Below are positions 19,648 to 28,782 of a DNA stretch of 64,000 nt, in pieces. The stretch's first letter is position 1; each line of letters opens with the position of its first letter. Origin of the DNA: an uncultured Muribaculaceae bacterium. GTDB taxonomy: Bacteria; Bacillota_I; Bacilli_A; RF39; UBA660. The position numbers and the translations under genes were made by a program. Below the pieces are notes generated by a model that worked only from the letters and a program-made list of their open reading frames with translations, searched no databases and was not told where the DNA came from. The stretch covers positions 6,469 through 70,468 of the forward strand of contig CAYLJU010000001.1 of the NCBI GenBank assembly GCA_964384115.1, given 5' to 3'.

Positions 19648-19933
19648 AAATAATGATTATGATTTTGATTTAATCGTATCAAGCGATGATTTAAAAAGAA
19701 ACAGAGAAAAATGTTTAACTTCTTCAAAAAAGGTAGTTAAGAAAAGAAAATTAAAAAGATGGGTAAAAAATGTTTTATGGATGGTATTAGGTGCAGTTAT
19801 TGCAATCACTATATATCAATTATTCACAGTAGAAACAGTTAAAGAAACACCAGTTGGAAATTATACATGTAGAGGTGGAATATTCCAAATATGTACAGGA
19901 AACAATGAAGTTGCTGACTATTTGGGGGTGTAA
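19619..19933 (+). CDS. hypothetical membrane protein
   Basis: single TM helix. Confidence 0.3.
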   Translation: MLRRLNKMAKNNDYDFDLIVSSDDLKRNREKCLTSSKKVVKKRKLKRWVKNVLWMVLGAVIAITIYQLFTVETVKETPVGNYTCRGGIFQICTGNNEVADYLGV

Positions 19934-20185
19934 TTGATGAAGAAAAAGAGTCAAACATCTGAAATTATTAAATTATTAAGAAAACAAGGATATATTACAT
20001 CATTTGAAGCAATAGAAAGATTTGGTGCAACAAGATTATCAGGAATTATCTTTGTTTTAAGAAAAAGAGGTTTTGGTATAGAAACAGAAATGGTTCAAGG
20101 TAAAAATAGATATGGTCATTCAACCAATTATGCTATTTATCGCCTTACAAAAGATATAGCAGATGAGGATGGTGAAAATTTATGA
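19934..20185 (+). CDS. small winged-helix/HTH phage protein
   Basis: 83 aa basic protein, ...KLLRKQGYITSFEAIERFGATRLSGIIFVLRKRGF... Confidence 0.4.
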   Translation: MMKKKSQTSEIIKLLRKQGYITSFEAIERFGATRLSGIIFVLRKRGFGIETEMVQGKNRYGHSTNYAIYRLTKDIADEDGENL

Positions 20186-20298
20186 TTTTAAAGATTTTAG
20201 AATTTTTTGCAATTTTAATTATTGTGTTATTGGGGGTATTTATAGTAGCAATCTTATGTAAAAAGATGTGGCAAGAGTTAAGAAAGTGAGATGTCATC

Positions 20299-21165
20299 AT
20301 GAGTACATATAACAAAACTAAATTTTATTGGTTGCAACTAAAAGAAGATTTTTTTGATGATGATGCAATAGCATGGTTAGAAGAACAACAGCCAAAAGGA
20401 AAAGAATATGCTTTATTTTATTTAAAATTATGTTTGAAATCACTAAAAACAAATGGGATTTTAATTAGAAATGTTGGCAATTTTTTAATTCCCTATGACA
20501 ATAAAAAACTTGCAGAATTAACAAAAACAGATTTTGATACAGTCACAATTGCTATGGAATTATTAAAAAAAATAGGTTTAATTCAACTTCTTGATAATGG
20601 TGAAATTTATATAAAGCAACTAGAAAATCTTATTGGTTCAAAATCAATAGGTGCATTTAAAAAGGAACAACAAAGAGTATTAAAAAACAAGGGTGGACAA
20701 TTGTCTGCTAAATGTCCACCAGATATAGAACTAGAAATAGAAAAAGAACTAGAAATAGAAAAAGAATTAGATTTAGAGAATAATAACCCACAAGAACCTG
20801 TATTGCTTCCTGCTAATTTAAAAAAAGAAGAAATTATTTCCAAGACAGATTATGAATTAGAATTTGAAAAACTTTGGAATTTATATCCAAATAAAAAAGG
20901 AAAAACAAAATCCTTAACTAAATACATTTTAGCAAGAAAAAAAGGAACTACTTACGAACAGGTTTTAAATGGAATTAATAATTATATTGAATATATCAAA
21001 AAGAACAAAATTAGTACTCAATATATAAAACATGGTGATACATATTTTAATAATCAATGTTGGTTGGATGAATATAGAAATGAAATTAATAATAAAACAA
21101 AAAATGATGAACAATGGGCATTATTGAAAGGAGTTTATGATGGAACAATCAAGATTGATAAGTAG
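20299..21165 (+). CDS. phage replisome organizer (phage_rep_org_N / DnaD-like)
   Basis: N-terminus KFYWLQLKEDFFDDDAIAWLEEQ...YALFYLKLCLKSLKTNG matches replisome-organizer N-domain; internal acidic repeat linker. Confidence 0.8.
   Translation: MSTYNKTKFYWLQLKEDFFDDDAIAWLEEQQPKGKEYALFYLKLCLKSLKTNGILIRNVGNFLIPYDNKKLAELTKTDFDTVTIAMELLKKIGLIQLLDNGEIYIKQLENLIGSKSIGAFKKEQQRVLKNKGGQLSAKCPPDIELEIEKELEIEKELDLENNNPQEPVLLPANLKKEEIISKTDYELEFEKLWNLYPNKKGKTKSLTKYILARKKGTTYEQVLNGINNYIEYIKKNKISTQYIKHGDTYFNNQCWLDEYRNEINNKTKNDEQWALLKGVYDGTIKIDK
20728..20781 (+). repeat. 18-bp tandem repeat (2 perfect + 1 degenerate) inside replisome organizer gene: candidate origin iterons
   Basis: GAACTAGAAATAGAAAAA x2 (20728-20763) + GAATTAGATTTAGAGAAT. 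Confidence 0.45.
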
Positions 21166-21607
21166 TGCAATTGCTAAATTAAAAATAGCATATCCTTATT
21201 ATTTTAAAGAATTAAAAACAGAGGAACTTGCAGGGTTAATAAGTATGTATCAAGAATATTTGTCAGGATATAATGATTTGACAATAAATAGTGCGATTAA
21301 ATCAATAATATCTAAAAGTAAATATATGCCATCTATAAATGAATTAATTGATGAATGTGAACATTCAAAAACATATCGTGGAAATGAAATATTAAGCAGA
21401 ATGAATGCAGATGGTTATTTTAAATATGGTGCAGTATGCGAGTTAGATGATGTACATGCAACAAGAAATTATGAAAAAGCACTTATGTGGGTTGAAAAAG
21501 GTATTATTCCTACATGGTTATTGGAAGATATGAAAAAGTATGGATATGTTGAAGATAAACCATTATTATCAACACATAATTCAAATTTAATTGGTATTCA
21601 AGGATAG
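21140..21607 (+). CDS. putative helicase loader (SPP1 G39P-like)
   Basis: ...IAKLKIAYPYYFKELKTEELAGLISMYQEYLSGY...YMPSINELIDEC resembles G39P N-domain. Confidence 0.4.
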   Translation: MEQSRLISSAIAKLKIAYPYYFKELKTEELAGLISMYQEYLSGYNDLTINSAIKSIISKSKYMPSINELIDECEHSKTYRGNEILSRMNADGYFKYGAVCELDDVHATRNYEKALMWVEKGIIPTWLLEDMKKYGYVEDKPLLSTHNSNLIGIQG

Positions 21608-21620
21608 AAAGGGGTAAGTT

Positions 21621-22046
21621 ATGACAATAAAAGAATTATCAAAATATCATTCTACAAAGATTGAAATACAACAACTAGAAGATAATATCACAGAATTAGA
21701 AACAACAATCATTGGTTCTTCTAAAATTACAGGTATGCCAATTACAACAACAGGTAATGCTAGTAATCCTACTGAAAGAATAGGAATGAAACTGGTTAAG
21801 TTAAAAAAAAAATTAGAAAGTAAAAAAGAATTACTTATTGATGAGTTAAACAAAATAGAAGATTTTTTAGAAACTGTTGATGATAGTGAAATTCGTATAA
21901 TAATACGAAAAAGATTTTTAGAGGGTAAATCATGGAAGATTGTTGGTAAAGAAATAATTGCAGATAGGTCAACCCCTTACTACAAACTAAAAAAATACTT
22001 AAAAGATAGGGAGGATGCAAATGAAAAAAATAAAAGAAACAGTTGA
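21621..22046 (+). CDS. sigma-70 region-4-like phage transcriptional regulator (DUF1492/ArpU-like)
   Basis: C-terminal ...EIRIIIRKRFLEGKSWKIVGKEI... HTH. Confidence 0.5.
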   Translation: MTIKELSKYHSTKIEIQQLEDNITELETTIIGSSKITGMPITTTGNASNPTERIGMKLVKLKKKLESKKELLIDELNKIEDFLETVDDSEIRIIIRKRFLEGKSWKIVGKEIIADRSTPYYKLKKYLKDREDANEKNKRNS

Positions 22047-22260
22047 TTTATTTAAATTAAATAAAATTCAGTTAATAAGGAAAATAAATACACTAGATAT
22101 TGAAAAAAGTGTTTTAGAAAATACAATCAAAGATGAATTATATAAAACATTTATGGCTAAATTAGATGAACCACAGGAAATTAATCGTTTAAAAAAAGAA
22201 AATAAAAATTTAAGAACTAAAAATAAAACATTAAAAGCATTATTAAAGGGTGAGAAATGA
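22015..22260 (+). CDS. hypothetical coiled-coil protein
   Basis: ORF with RBS, overlaps neighbours by a few nt. Confidence 0.3.
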   Translation: MQMKKIKETVDLFKLNKIQLIRKINTLDIEKSVLENTIKDELYKTFMAKLDEPQEINRLKKENKNLRTKNKTLKALLKGEK

Positions 22261-22516
22261 TATGGCAGGTGAATTTTTAAGTATTGAAACTGCACAAAAA
22301 ATTGCTAGACTTGAAAAAGAAAATAAGCAGTATGAAAAAATAATATGTGATTTTGATAAGGAAGTAAATAGATTATTTAACATCATTAAACATGCCTATG
22401 AATATGTTGATAAACAACTATTTGCAGAATATGTTCAAATAAAAGATTTAGAAAATATATTAGGTGCAGGGCTTAATAAAAATAAAGAGGTCAAGGATGC
22501 CAAGACCACATCATAA
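22250..22516 (+). CDS. hypothetical protein
   Basis: ORF in phage early operon. Confidence 0.3.
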   Translation: MRNDMAGEFLSIETAQKIARLEKENKQYEKIICDFDKEVNRLFNIIKHAYEYVDKQLFAEYVQIKDLENILGAGLNKNKEVKDAKTTS

Positions 22517-22937
22517 TAATTTTAATAAAACAAGTTATGACATCCATAAAGATAATGAATTTAATAAAAAATTAAGGTCTTTAAAAAAATATTGTCCACA
22601 ATCTTATAAGTATTTAATATTTGAATTTAAAAATGGTAATCATTTTGAAAAAGATGATGGTGAATATGAAATTAATTTGCCTACTTCAAAAGAATTCAAA
22701 TTTGTATATGGTCAGATAAAACTTAAATACTGTATAAAAAATAATGCACCAATATACAAAGATTTAGAACCATCTCAATTTTTCTTGGATGGATATAGAT
22801 TTGATTTACATATTTATAAAAAACTTTATTATAGAAATGAAAAAGATAAATTCAAAATTGATTTAATGTTCGAACTAAAAAAAGGAGGAAATTATGAACG
22901 AAAAATTAAGAAAAATAATAAATCATTATACAGTTAA
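22464..22937 (+). CDS. hypothetical protein
   Basis: ORF in phage early operon. Confidence 0.3.
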   Translation: MQGLIKIKRSRMPRPHHNNFNKTSYDIHKDNEFNKKLRSLKKYCPQSYKYLIFEFKNGNHFEKDDGEYEINLPTSKEFKFVYGQIKLKYCIKNNAPIYKDLEPSQFFLDGYRFDLHIYKKLYYRNEKDKFKIDLMFELKKGGNYERKIKKNNKSLYS

Positions 22938-23250
22938 AAAACAATTAAAGTATTTTCAAAGTGAAGTGTTTGAATTGAATGAAGCAATCTTAAATTACAA
23001 TTCAGGTGGAATATTAGAAAATTTAATTTCAGGAATTACCCAAGCAGTTGGTCAAGTTATTGGGGTAGAAGCAAAAGACTATAAAAAAGAACATATTAAA
23101 GAAGAAATTGCAGATGTGATGGTAATGTTAAAACAATTTCAATTGTATTACAACATATCTACAAAAGAAATAAAAGAAGTTATGAAATATAAAGTTGATA
23201 GACAACTAGAAAGGATAGAATATGAACCAAAACATGGAAAAGTGGAATAA
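22894..23250 (+). CDS. MazG-like nucleotide pyrophosphohydrolase
   Basis: ...KEEIADVMVMLKQF... EExxD-type motif, ~118 aa all-alpha. Confidence 0.55.
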   Translation: MNEKLRKIINHYTVKKQLKYFQSEVFELNEAILNYNSGGILENLISGITQAVGQVIGVEAKDYKKEHIKEEIADVMVMLKQFQLYYNISTKEIKEVMKYKVDRQLERIEYEPKHGKVE

Positions 23251-23419
23251 AATTGAAAATATTTGTATAACAGTAGGCATATTATTATTCTTTGCATTTG
23301 TTTGTTTAGTTATTTATATAGGAATTGATTTTGCAAATGATTATAGATGTAGCAATTTACCTATAAATGAATTTTTTCAAGATGAAAAATGTGAAAAATA
23401 TTGGAGGTATAGAAAATGA
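23222..23419 (+). CDS. small membrane protein
   Basis: TM helix. Confidence 0.3.
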   Translation: MNQNMEKWNKIENICITVGILLFFAFVCLVIYIGIDFANDYRCSNLPINEFFQDEKCEKYWRYRK

Positions 23420-23661
23420 TAGAAGAAAAAGAAATGGAATATGTAAATGTTCCTACTTATATAGAAAAAGCAGTTAAAAAATTATTTAAATTAAAAAATA
23501 CAGAAAAAGAGTTGGCGATGCAAATTAAGGATTATATGTCAACACATGATATTCCATTAGACACACCATTGCAACTATTAAAATATATTCCAAAAGAAGA
23601 TGTTGACCCAAACCAAATGAAAATCAATTTTGAAACAGGTGAGGTTGAACAACATGGTTAA
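23416..23661 (+). CDS. hypothetical protein
   Basis: overlapping-stop ORF in operon. Confidence 0.3.
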   Translation: MIEEKEMEYVNVPTYIEKAVKKLFKLKNTEKELAMQIKDYMSTHDIPLDTPLQLLKYIPKEDVDPNQMKINFETGEVEQHG

Positions 23662-23938
23662 ATATATAGGTTTTGCACCTAGTAAAGAAGAATTTAATAT
23701 AAAAGGTGAAAGTTTAGGTATGAGTAGTGAAAGGGCTTTATATTATGCATCTGATATAGGAAAACATCGCATATATAGAAGTTCTTATCCACTAGTACCA
23801 TATATGTTCAATGGTAAAGATATTAATAAAACATTGAAATTATTATATTTTAATACTTATGATGAAGCCAAAGAAGTGGTTGATGAAATTAACAATGTAT
23901 ATAATGATACTTTTATTGTAAAAGAGGTGAATAAATAA
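23630..23938 (+). CDS. hypothetical protein
   Basis: ORF in operon. Confidence 0.3.
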   Translation: MKQVRLNNMVKYIGFAPSKEEFNIKGESLGMSSERALYYASDIGKHRIYRSSYPLVPYMFNGKDINKTLKLLYFNTYDEAKEVVDEINNVYNDTFIVKEVNK

Positions 23939-24162
23939 TGTTAGATAAAAAAGATAAATTAAAAGAATTACAAGATATAGTTAATATTTCAGAAAAACAA
24001 TTTGAAAAATTAGATTATAAAGGAAAACAAAGATATTTTAAAGCAAAAAGTAAACTTGCAAAAATATCATTTATTTCAAGAGATAAAAATGGTAAAGGAA
24101 TTACTTATGTTAAGCCATTAATTCCAAATTCTATTCAAAAAGAATTAAAGGGAGGCAAATAA
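23938..24162 (+). CDS. hypothetical protein
   Basis: ORF in operon. Confidence 0.3.
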   Translation: MLDKKDKLKELQDIVNISEKQFEKLDYKGKQRYFKAKSKLAKISFISRDKNGKGITYVKPLIPNSIQKELKGGK

Positions 24163-24477
24163 ATGCATTTAACATTTGGTGATATTGTTATAGTTGAAAA
24201 AAATCAAATAGGTGTCATTGTTAAATCATGGGTTCATAATAATGAATATATTGAACATGAAGTATATGTTAGAAATTATAATGGTATTTTAAAGTATAAA
24301 GAAGAAGATATCCAAAGATATTTAGTAAGACATAAAGAATTAACAGATGAAGAACTTGGTTATCAATTAAATGCAGAAAAACCTTTTGTTTCAAAAAAAG
24401 AAGTAGAGGATTTTATGAAAAAATTTAATTTTGCTTTTGAAGATTTAGATATAGGTGGTGAAAATAATGAAAAATAA
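24163..24477 (+). CDS. hypothetical protein
   Basis: ORF in operon. Confidence 0.3.
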   Translation: MHLTFGDIVIVEKNQIGVIVKSWVHNNEYIEHEVYVRNYNGILKYKEEDIQRYLVRHKELTDEELGYQLNAEKPFVSKKEVEDFMKKFNFAFEDLDIGGENNEK

Positions 24478-24739
24478 TGAGTTTATTGATTTATGTGTAT
24501 CAAAGTTAGTAGAATATGTAAATTCCCATTTAGATAAAAGTGATAGTTTAAAAAATATTACAAAAGATTGTGTATTTATTGTTTGGAGTTGTAAAACATT
24601 ACAAAATAACAAAGCATTATTAAGTACAACATTGTATGATGGAATGTATTATGAATTTACTTTTAATGGTGATAAAAACGAGTTATATCTTGATGCATAT
24701 AAGAAATGGGAAAATATCTGTTATCAGGTTAAAGACTAA
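24455..24739 (+). CDS. hypothetical protein
   Basis: ORF in operon. Confidence 0.3.
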   Translation: MVKIMKNNEFIDLCVSKLVEYVNSHLDKSDSLKNITKDCVFIVWSCKTLQNNKALLSTTLYDGMYYEFTFNGDKNELYLDAYKKWENICYQVKD

Positions 24740-24753
24740 AAGAGGTACTACTT

Positions 24754-25383
24754 ATGAGTAGAACATTTAGAATAAATTTTGGAAGAAAAACAGTAAGACC
24801 ATTTGAAGCACATGATATCAATAATATGCTTGTAATTTGTAAAAAAGCAAGAAATCAAGCAGAAGAAGATAGTAATGATGAACAAAGATATTTATGGGAT
24901 AGAAATTATATGATTTTAGTAATTGGTATGAATTTAGCATTTAGAATAGAAGATATATTGCAATTAAGAGTCGATAATTTCAAAAATGGTGGTGTATATA
25001 CAAGAGAATTTAAAACGAATAAAGAACAATCTTTTGAATTACATCCATCATTGTATAAAGATATTCAGAATTATATTAATAGAAACAATTTAATTGATGG
25101 TGAATACCTATTTAGAAGTAGAAAAGGTATTAATAAGCCAATTACAAGACAAAGAGCATGGCAAGTAATAAAAGGACTTGCTGATGCAGTTAAAGTGTCA
25201 TATCCAGTAGGATGTCACTCATTAAGAAAGTATTTTGCAAGACAATATTATGAAAAAACAGGTGATATTATTGGTTTAAAAGAAATGTTAAATCATTCAA
25301 GCGAAAGAGTCACATTATTGTATATTTGTTGGAATACTGATGATAAAAATGAAAAAAGAAAGAACTTCTATTTAGGAAGTTAG
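24754..25383 (+). CDS. tyrosine recombinase catalytic-domain protein (no N-terminal core-binding domain)
   Basis: ...R...GCHSLRKYFARQYY...TLLYI(Y) R-H-R-Y-type residues; 209 aa. Confidence 0.5.
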   Translation: MSRTFRINFGRKTVRPFEAHDINNMLVICKKARNQAEEDSNDEQRYLWDRNYMILVIGMNLAFRIEDILQLRVDNFKNGGVYTREFKTNKEQSFELHPSLYKDIQNYINRNNLIDGEYLFRSRKGINKPITRQRAWQVIKGLADAVKVSYPVGCHSLRKYFARQYYEKTGDIIGLKEMLNHSSERVTLLYICWNTDDKNEKRKNFYLGS

Positions 25384-25392
25384 GAGGAATTT

Positions 25393-25635
25393 ATGAGTAA
25401 AGATATAGAAAAGTTAATTAAAATACAAGGTGCAATAAATAAAAATATATATCATTTTCATGTAGAAACGAATTTGGAAAATGATTATAGATGGGTATTA
25501 TATTTATATAATCCAAATACAAAAGATTATTTTAGTGAATATAATAGACCTATTTTAATGAGTTCTATCGATAGTATTGATTATTTAATTGATTATTTAG
25601 AAAAACATGATGGATTTAATAGACATTTTAGATAA
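25393..25635 (+). CDS. hypothetical protein
   Basis: ORF with RBS GGAGGAA. Confidence 0.3.
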   Translation: MSKDIEKLIKIQGAINKNIYHFHVETNLENDYRWVLYLYNPNTKDYFSEYNRPILMSSIDSIDYLIDYLEKHDGFNRHFR

Positions 25636-25862
25636 CAAAATATTAATAATTTAGGTGGTATGCATTGGCATATCACTTAAATTAAAATATAGCAATTTTA
25701 CAAAATGAAAAGTTGTAAATTCAACAAAAAAATAACACTTTCCTGATAACAGGAAAATAATTATAAAATCTAGGAAAAATTAAGATTTTGGTGTTAAAAA
25801 ATGAATTTAACAGAATTATGTCATTTAGTAAAATTCGTATAGGTGAAATTAGGAGGTAGCAA

Positions 25863-26156
25863 ATGGACTATAACAGAGGACATTTATTAAATATTTATGA
25901 TGCAATAAAAGAAAAAAGAAATAGACAAAATGAATATATAAAAGAAGTTCAAAATTTAGATAGTGAAATAAAAGTAGATGTATTTGAATATAGAATTGCA
26001 AGTGTTTCAAGAGTTTTAAATTATATTCATAGTAATCAAAAGAAAGTTGCTAGTGATTTAAAACAATTTGATACTTTAATAACACATTGTTGTAATAAGT
26101 TAAGTGGAAATTTAGATGGTATTGAATTACAGTTGGGTGATGCAGATGAAAAATAA
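25863..26156 (+). CDS. hypothetical protein
   Basis: RBS AGGAGG. Confidence 0.3.
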   Translation: MDYNRGHLLNIYDAIKEKRNRQNEYIKEVQNLDSEIKVDVFEYRIASVSRVLNYIHSNQKKVASDLKQFDTLITHCCNKLSGNLDGIELQLGDADEK

Positions 26157-26544
26157 TACTTATAATGGTATTTTATATGCTTGTTCAAAAGGTAAACAAA
26201 AAGAATGGGCAAGGGAGCATTTAATTATAGATTTGTTATACAATACAGATGAAGAAACAATGAGATATTTAAAATTTAATGATATTTGTAAATTAGATAA
26301 GTGCGATGAAGAAACAGAAGATTTTTATATTTATAAATTCGGATATCATTACCAAATACCAAGAACTGAAATAGATTTATATGTAAGTAAAAAAAATCAT
26401 AAATTATTTATTAAAAAAATTGGAATAGGTTATGCGTACGAAAATGTAGAAAAAGTAATATATAATTTTATTAAAGAACAGATTAAAAATAAAAATTTAT
26501 ATATAAGAACCAATATAAATGGTGAAGAATTTTTAATAAAATAA
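26116..26544 (+). CDS. hypothetical protein
   Basis: ORF in operon. Confidence 0.3.
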   Translation: MVLNYSWVMQMKNNTYNGILYACSKGKQKEWAREHLIIDLLYNTDEETMRYLKFNDICKLDKCDEETEDFYIYKFGYHYQIPRTEIDLYVSKKNHKLFIKKIGIGYAYENVEKVIYNFIKEQIKNKNLYIRTNINGEEFLIK

Positions 26545-26555
26545 AGAGGTGTATT

Positions 26556-26882
26556 ATGCAAACTGTTGATATATATGAAATAAATGAATATATAAAAAAA
26601 ACATATCAGGTAGATACATTAGTTAATACTAATTTTCAAGACTTAGACCAAATATGTTTTAAAAATAAAAAATTATATTATCCTTTTTGTTCCTTATATA
26701 TAGATTTATGTCCGAGTTGGGGATATGCACCCAATAAATTGCTAATACATCATAGTAAAGAAAAAAAAGACCATACTGGTGCAAGTGGTAGCATAGTTTA
26801 CAATGGTATTGAAAGTATAGATTGGGTAATGCAAAATGTATTTGAAATAGAAAAGAAAGAAGAACAATTGACATTGTTTTAG
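26556..26882 (+). CDS. hypothetical protein
   Basis: RBS AGAGGTG. Confidence 0.3.
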   Translation: MQTVDIYEINEYIKKTYQVDTLVNTNFQDLDQICFKNKKLYYPFCSLYIDLCPSWGYAPNKLLIHHSKEKKDHTGASGSIVYNGIESIDWVMQNVFEIEKKEEQLTLF

Positions 26883-26909
26883 CGAATTAAAAAAATAGGA
26901 GGAAACAAA

Positions 26910-27122
26910 ATGAAAATATTTAAAAATATAATAACTGATGCAATAGAATATAATCAAATGATTGCAAAATATAATTCTAAAAATCAATTGGTTGAATTAT
27001 CGCCAGTAATTGCAGAAAAAGTTATTACAATAACATTAGAAGAATATAAAGAACTTTTAGTTTATAAAGGTATGTATTTAGGATTACAAGGAAGTGAACC
27101 AAATGAGAACAAAAAAGATTAA
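26910..27122 (+). CDS. hypothetical protein
   Basis: RBS GGAGGAAA. Confidence 0.3.
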   Translation: MKIFKNIITDAIEYNQMIAKYNSKNQLVELSPVIAEKVITITLEEYKELLVYKGMYLGLQGSEPNENKKD

Positions 27123-27474
27123 GCAATTTATTACAAAATCATGTAATCAAGAAAAAGATAATTATTGTTGGTATAATACAAATTTTAAATTATCCGAAGA
27201 AGAATTAAATGATTTAAAAAATTATTTTGAATTAAAAGAATATAATTTCATGTTAATTATTAACGGATGCAGTATGCAAAGACCACAAAGAACTTGGGGG
27301 AGTTTTCCAACATTTTTAAAAGGTTTGGATGGTTGTCATATTATATTTAAAAGTTTATCTAATTCATTTATATTATGCAGTTGGTTAGATAATTACGATA
27401 CGTATGAAGAAGATATAAGGACATTATTATCAACAATTCAGGATGATTTAGATGTAATTATTTATAGGAAATAA
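27094..27474 (+). CDS. hypothetical protein
   Basis: ORF in operon. Confidence 0.3.
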   Translation: MNQMRTKKIKQFITKSCNQEKDNYCWYNTNFKLSEEELNDLKNYFELKEYNFMLIINGCSMQRPQRTWGSFPTFLKGLDGCHIIFKSLSNSFILCSWLDNYDTYEEDIRTLLSTIQDDLDVIIYRK

Positions 27475-27704
27475 TGAAAAGTAAATTTAAAGACCAGTGT
27501 GATAATTGTGGAAAGTTTGATTATTTAGTTGGTATGGATGATAAATGTTTATGTTATGAATGTAGAAATAATAAAAATATAAAAAATAATCAAAAAACTA
27601 TCAAAAAAGAACAAAAACAATTAACAATTTATGATTTTATTGACCAACTTTCACACTTTTCACATTCAAATAGTGATATAATGTATTTGTATAATTTTGA
27701 TTAA
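27474..27704 (+). CDS. small zinc-ribbon protein (CxxC...CxxC)
   Basis: CDNCGK...CLCYEC. Confidence 0.35.
   Translation: MKSKFKDQCDNCGKFDYLVGMDDKCLCYECRNNKNIKNNQKTIKKEQKQLTIYDFIDQLSHFSHSNSDIMYLYNFD
27648..27695 (+). repeat. upstream copy of ~48-bp imperfect direct repeat bracketing the HNH-terminase module
   Basis: aactttcacacttttcacattcaaatagtgatataatgtatttgta vs 30497-30544 (~85% identity). Confidence 0.6.
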
Positions 27705-27750
27705 AGACAACATTTCTTCGTTGTCTTTTTTTGCATGGTGGTGATATCAA

Positions 27751-28176
27751 ATGTTAAAGAGTTGTAGCAGGTGTGGTAAGATACACGATTTCAACCATAA
27801 TTGTTATAAAAATAGGCAAGTAAGAGGTTTAAGTCCTGCTGATAAGTTCCGTAAAACCTATAAATGGCATAAGAAAAGCCTTGATATAAGAGAACGTGAT
27901 AAGAATTTATGTAGATGTTGTCTTGCCAATATTTTCAATACATTGACACAATTTAATTTTGATAAGTTAGAAGTGCATCACATTACACCATTAGAAGAGG
28001 ATATAAGCAAAGGTTTAGATGATGATAACTTAATTACTCTTTGTTGTTATCATCATAAGTTGGCAGATGATAATAAAATACCTAGATACATATTAAGTAA
28101 ATTAGTAGATGAAAATTGCAATTTAAAAGAGATAAAGAGAGAAGTCGAAACAAAAGACATCCCCCCTACCTTTTAA
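27751..28176 (+). CDS. HNH homing-type endonuclease (terminase-associated)
   Basis: CSRCGK...EVHHITPL...LITLCCYHHKLAD HNH motif; immediately upstream of terS. Confidence 0.8.
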   Translation: MLKSCSRCGKIHDFNHNCYKNRQVRGLSPADKFRKTYKWHKKSLDIRERDKNLCRCCLANIFNTLTQFNFDKLEVHHITPLEEDISKGLDDDNLITLCCYHHKLADDNKIPRYILSKLVDENCNLKEIKREVETKDIPPTF

Positions 28177-28284
28177 ATTCAATTTTTTTATTTTACTTCA
28201 AAACCTACTGCCCACCTTTGAACATAAAAAATGCCCAAAATGAAAATTCAATATTTTTGCACTCGAAGAAATGGAGATGATAAC

Positions 28285-28782
28285 ATGGCAAGACCAGCAA
28301 AATCAATTGATACAAATTCGCAAAAAATGAGTAAAGAAGAAAGAGAAGCAAGAAAGAAAACTGAAAAAGAGTTAAGAGGAAATAATGATAAAATCAAACC
28401 TTTTAAATATCTTAATAAAAGACAAAAAGCAATCTTTAAAGATATATTGAAAAATCTTAACAAAGATATTTTAAGCAATCTTGATGTTTATTTATTAAAT
28501 CAAACTGCTATAACTATTGAGAGATTAGAGGCAATAGAACAAGAGATAAATAAGTCAGGAAAAACAATGGATGAGAATGGTAAGGAAATAGATAAACTTG
28601 ATGTTAAAACAATTACCAATTTAAAATCTGCAAGAGATATGTATTCGAAAGATTTTTTTAGATGTTGCAATGAGTTGTCACTTTCACCACAAGCAAGAGC
28701 GAAAATATCTATATCAACACAACCACCAAAAAAACAAACATTGATGGATATTTTAGGTGATGATGACAATGACAACGAGTAA
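28285..28782 (+). CDS. terS: terminase small subunit (P27 family)
   Basis: MARPAKSIDTN...; start at ATG 28285 behind GGAGATGA (track ORF starts 28231). Confidence 0.7.
   Translation: MARPAKSIDTNSQKMSKEEREARKKTEKELRGNNDKIKPFKYLNKRQKAIFKDILKNLNKDILSNLDVYLLNQTAITIERLEAIEQEINKSGKTMDENGKEIDKLDVKTITNLKSARDMYSKDFFRCCNELSLSPQARAKISISTQPPKKQTLMDILGDDDNDNE

Noticed and set aside
20728-20781. Tandem 18-bp repeats as a possible CRISPR or minisatellite
   Set aside because: Only 2-3 units, no spacers, inside a coding region; iteron interpretation preferred
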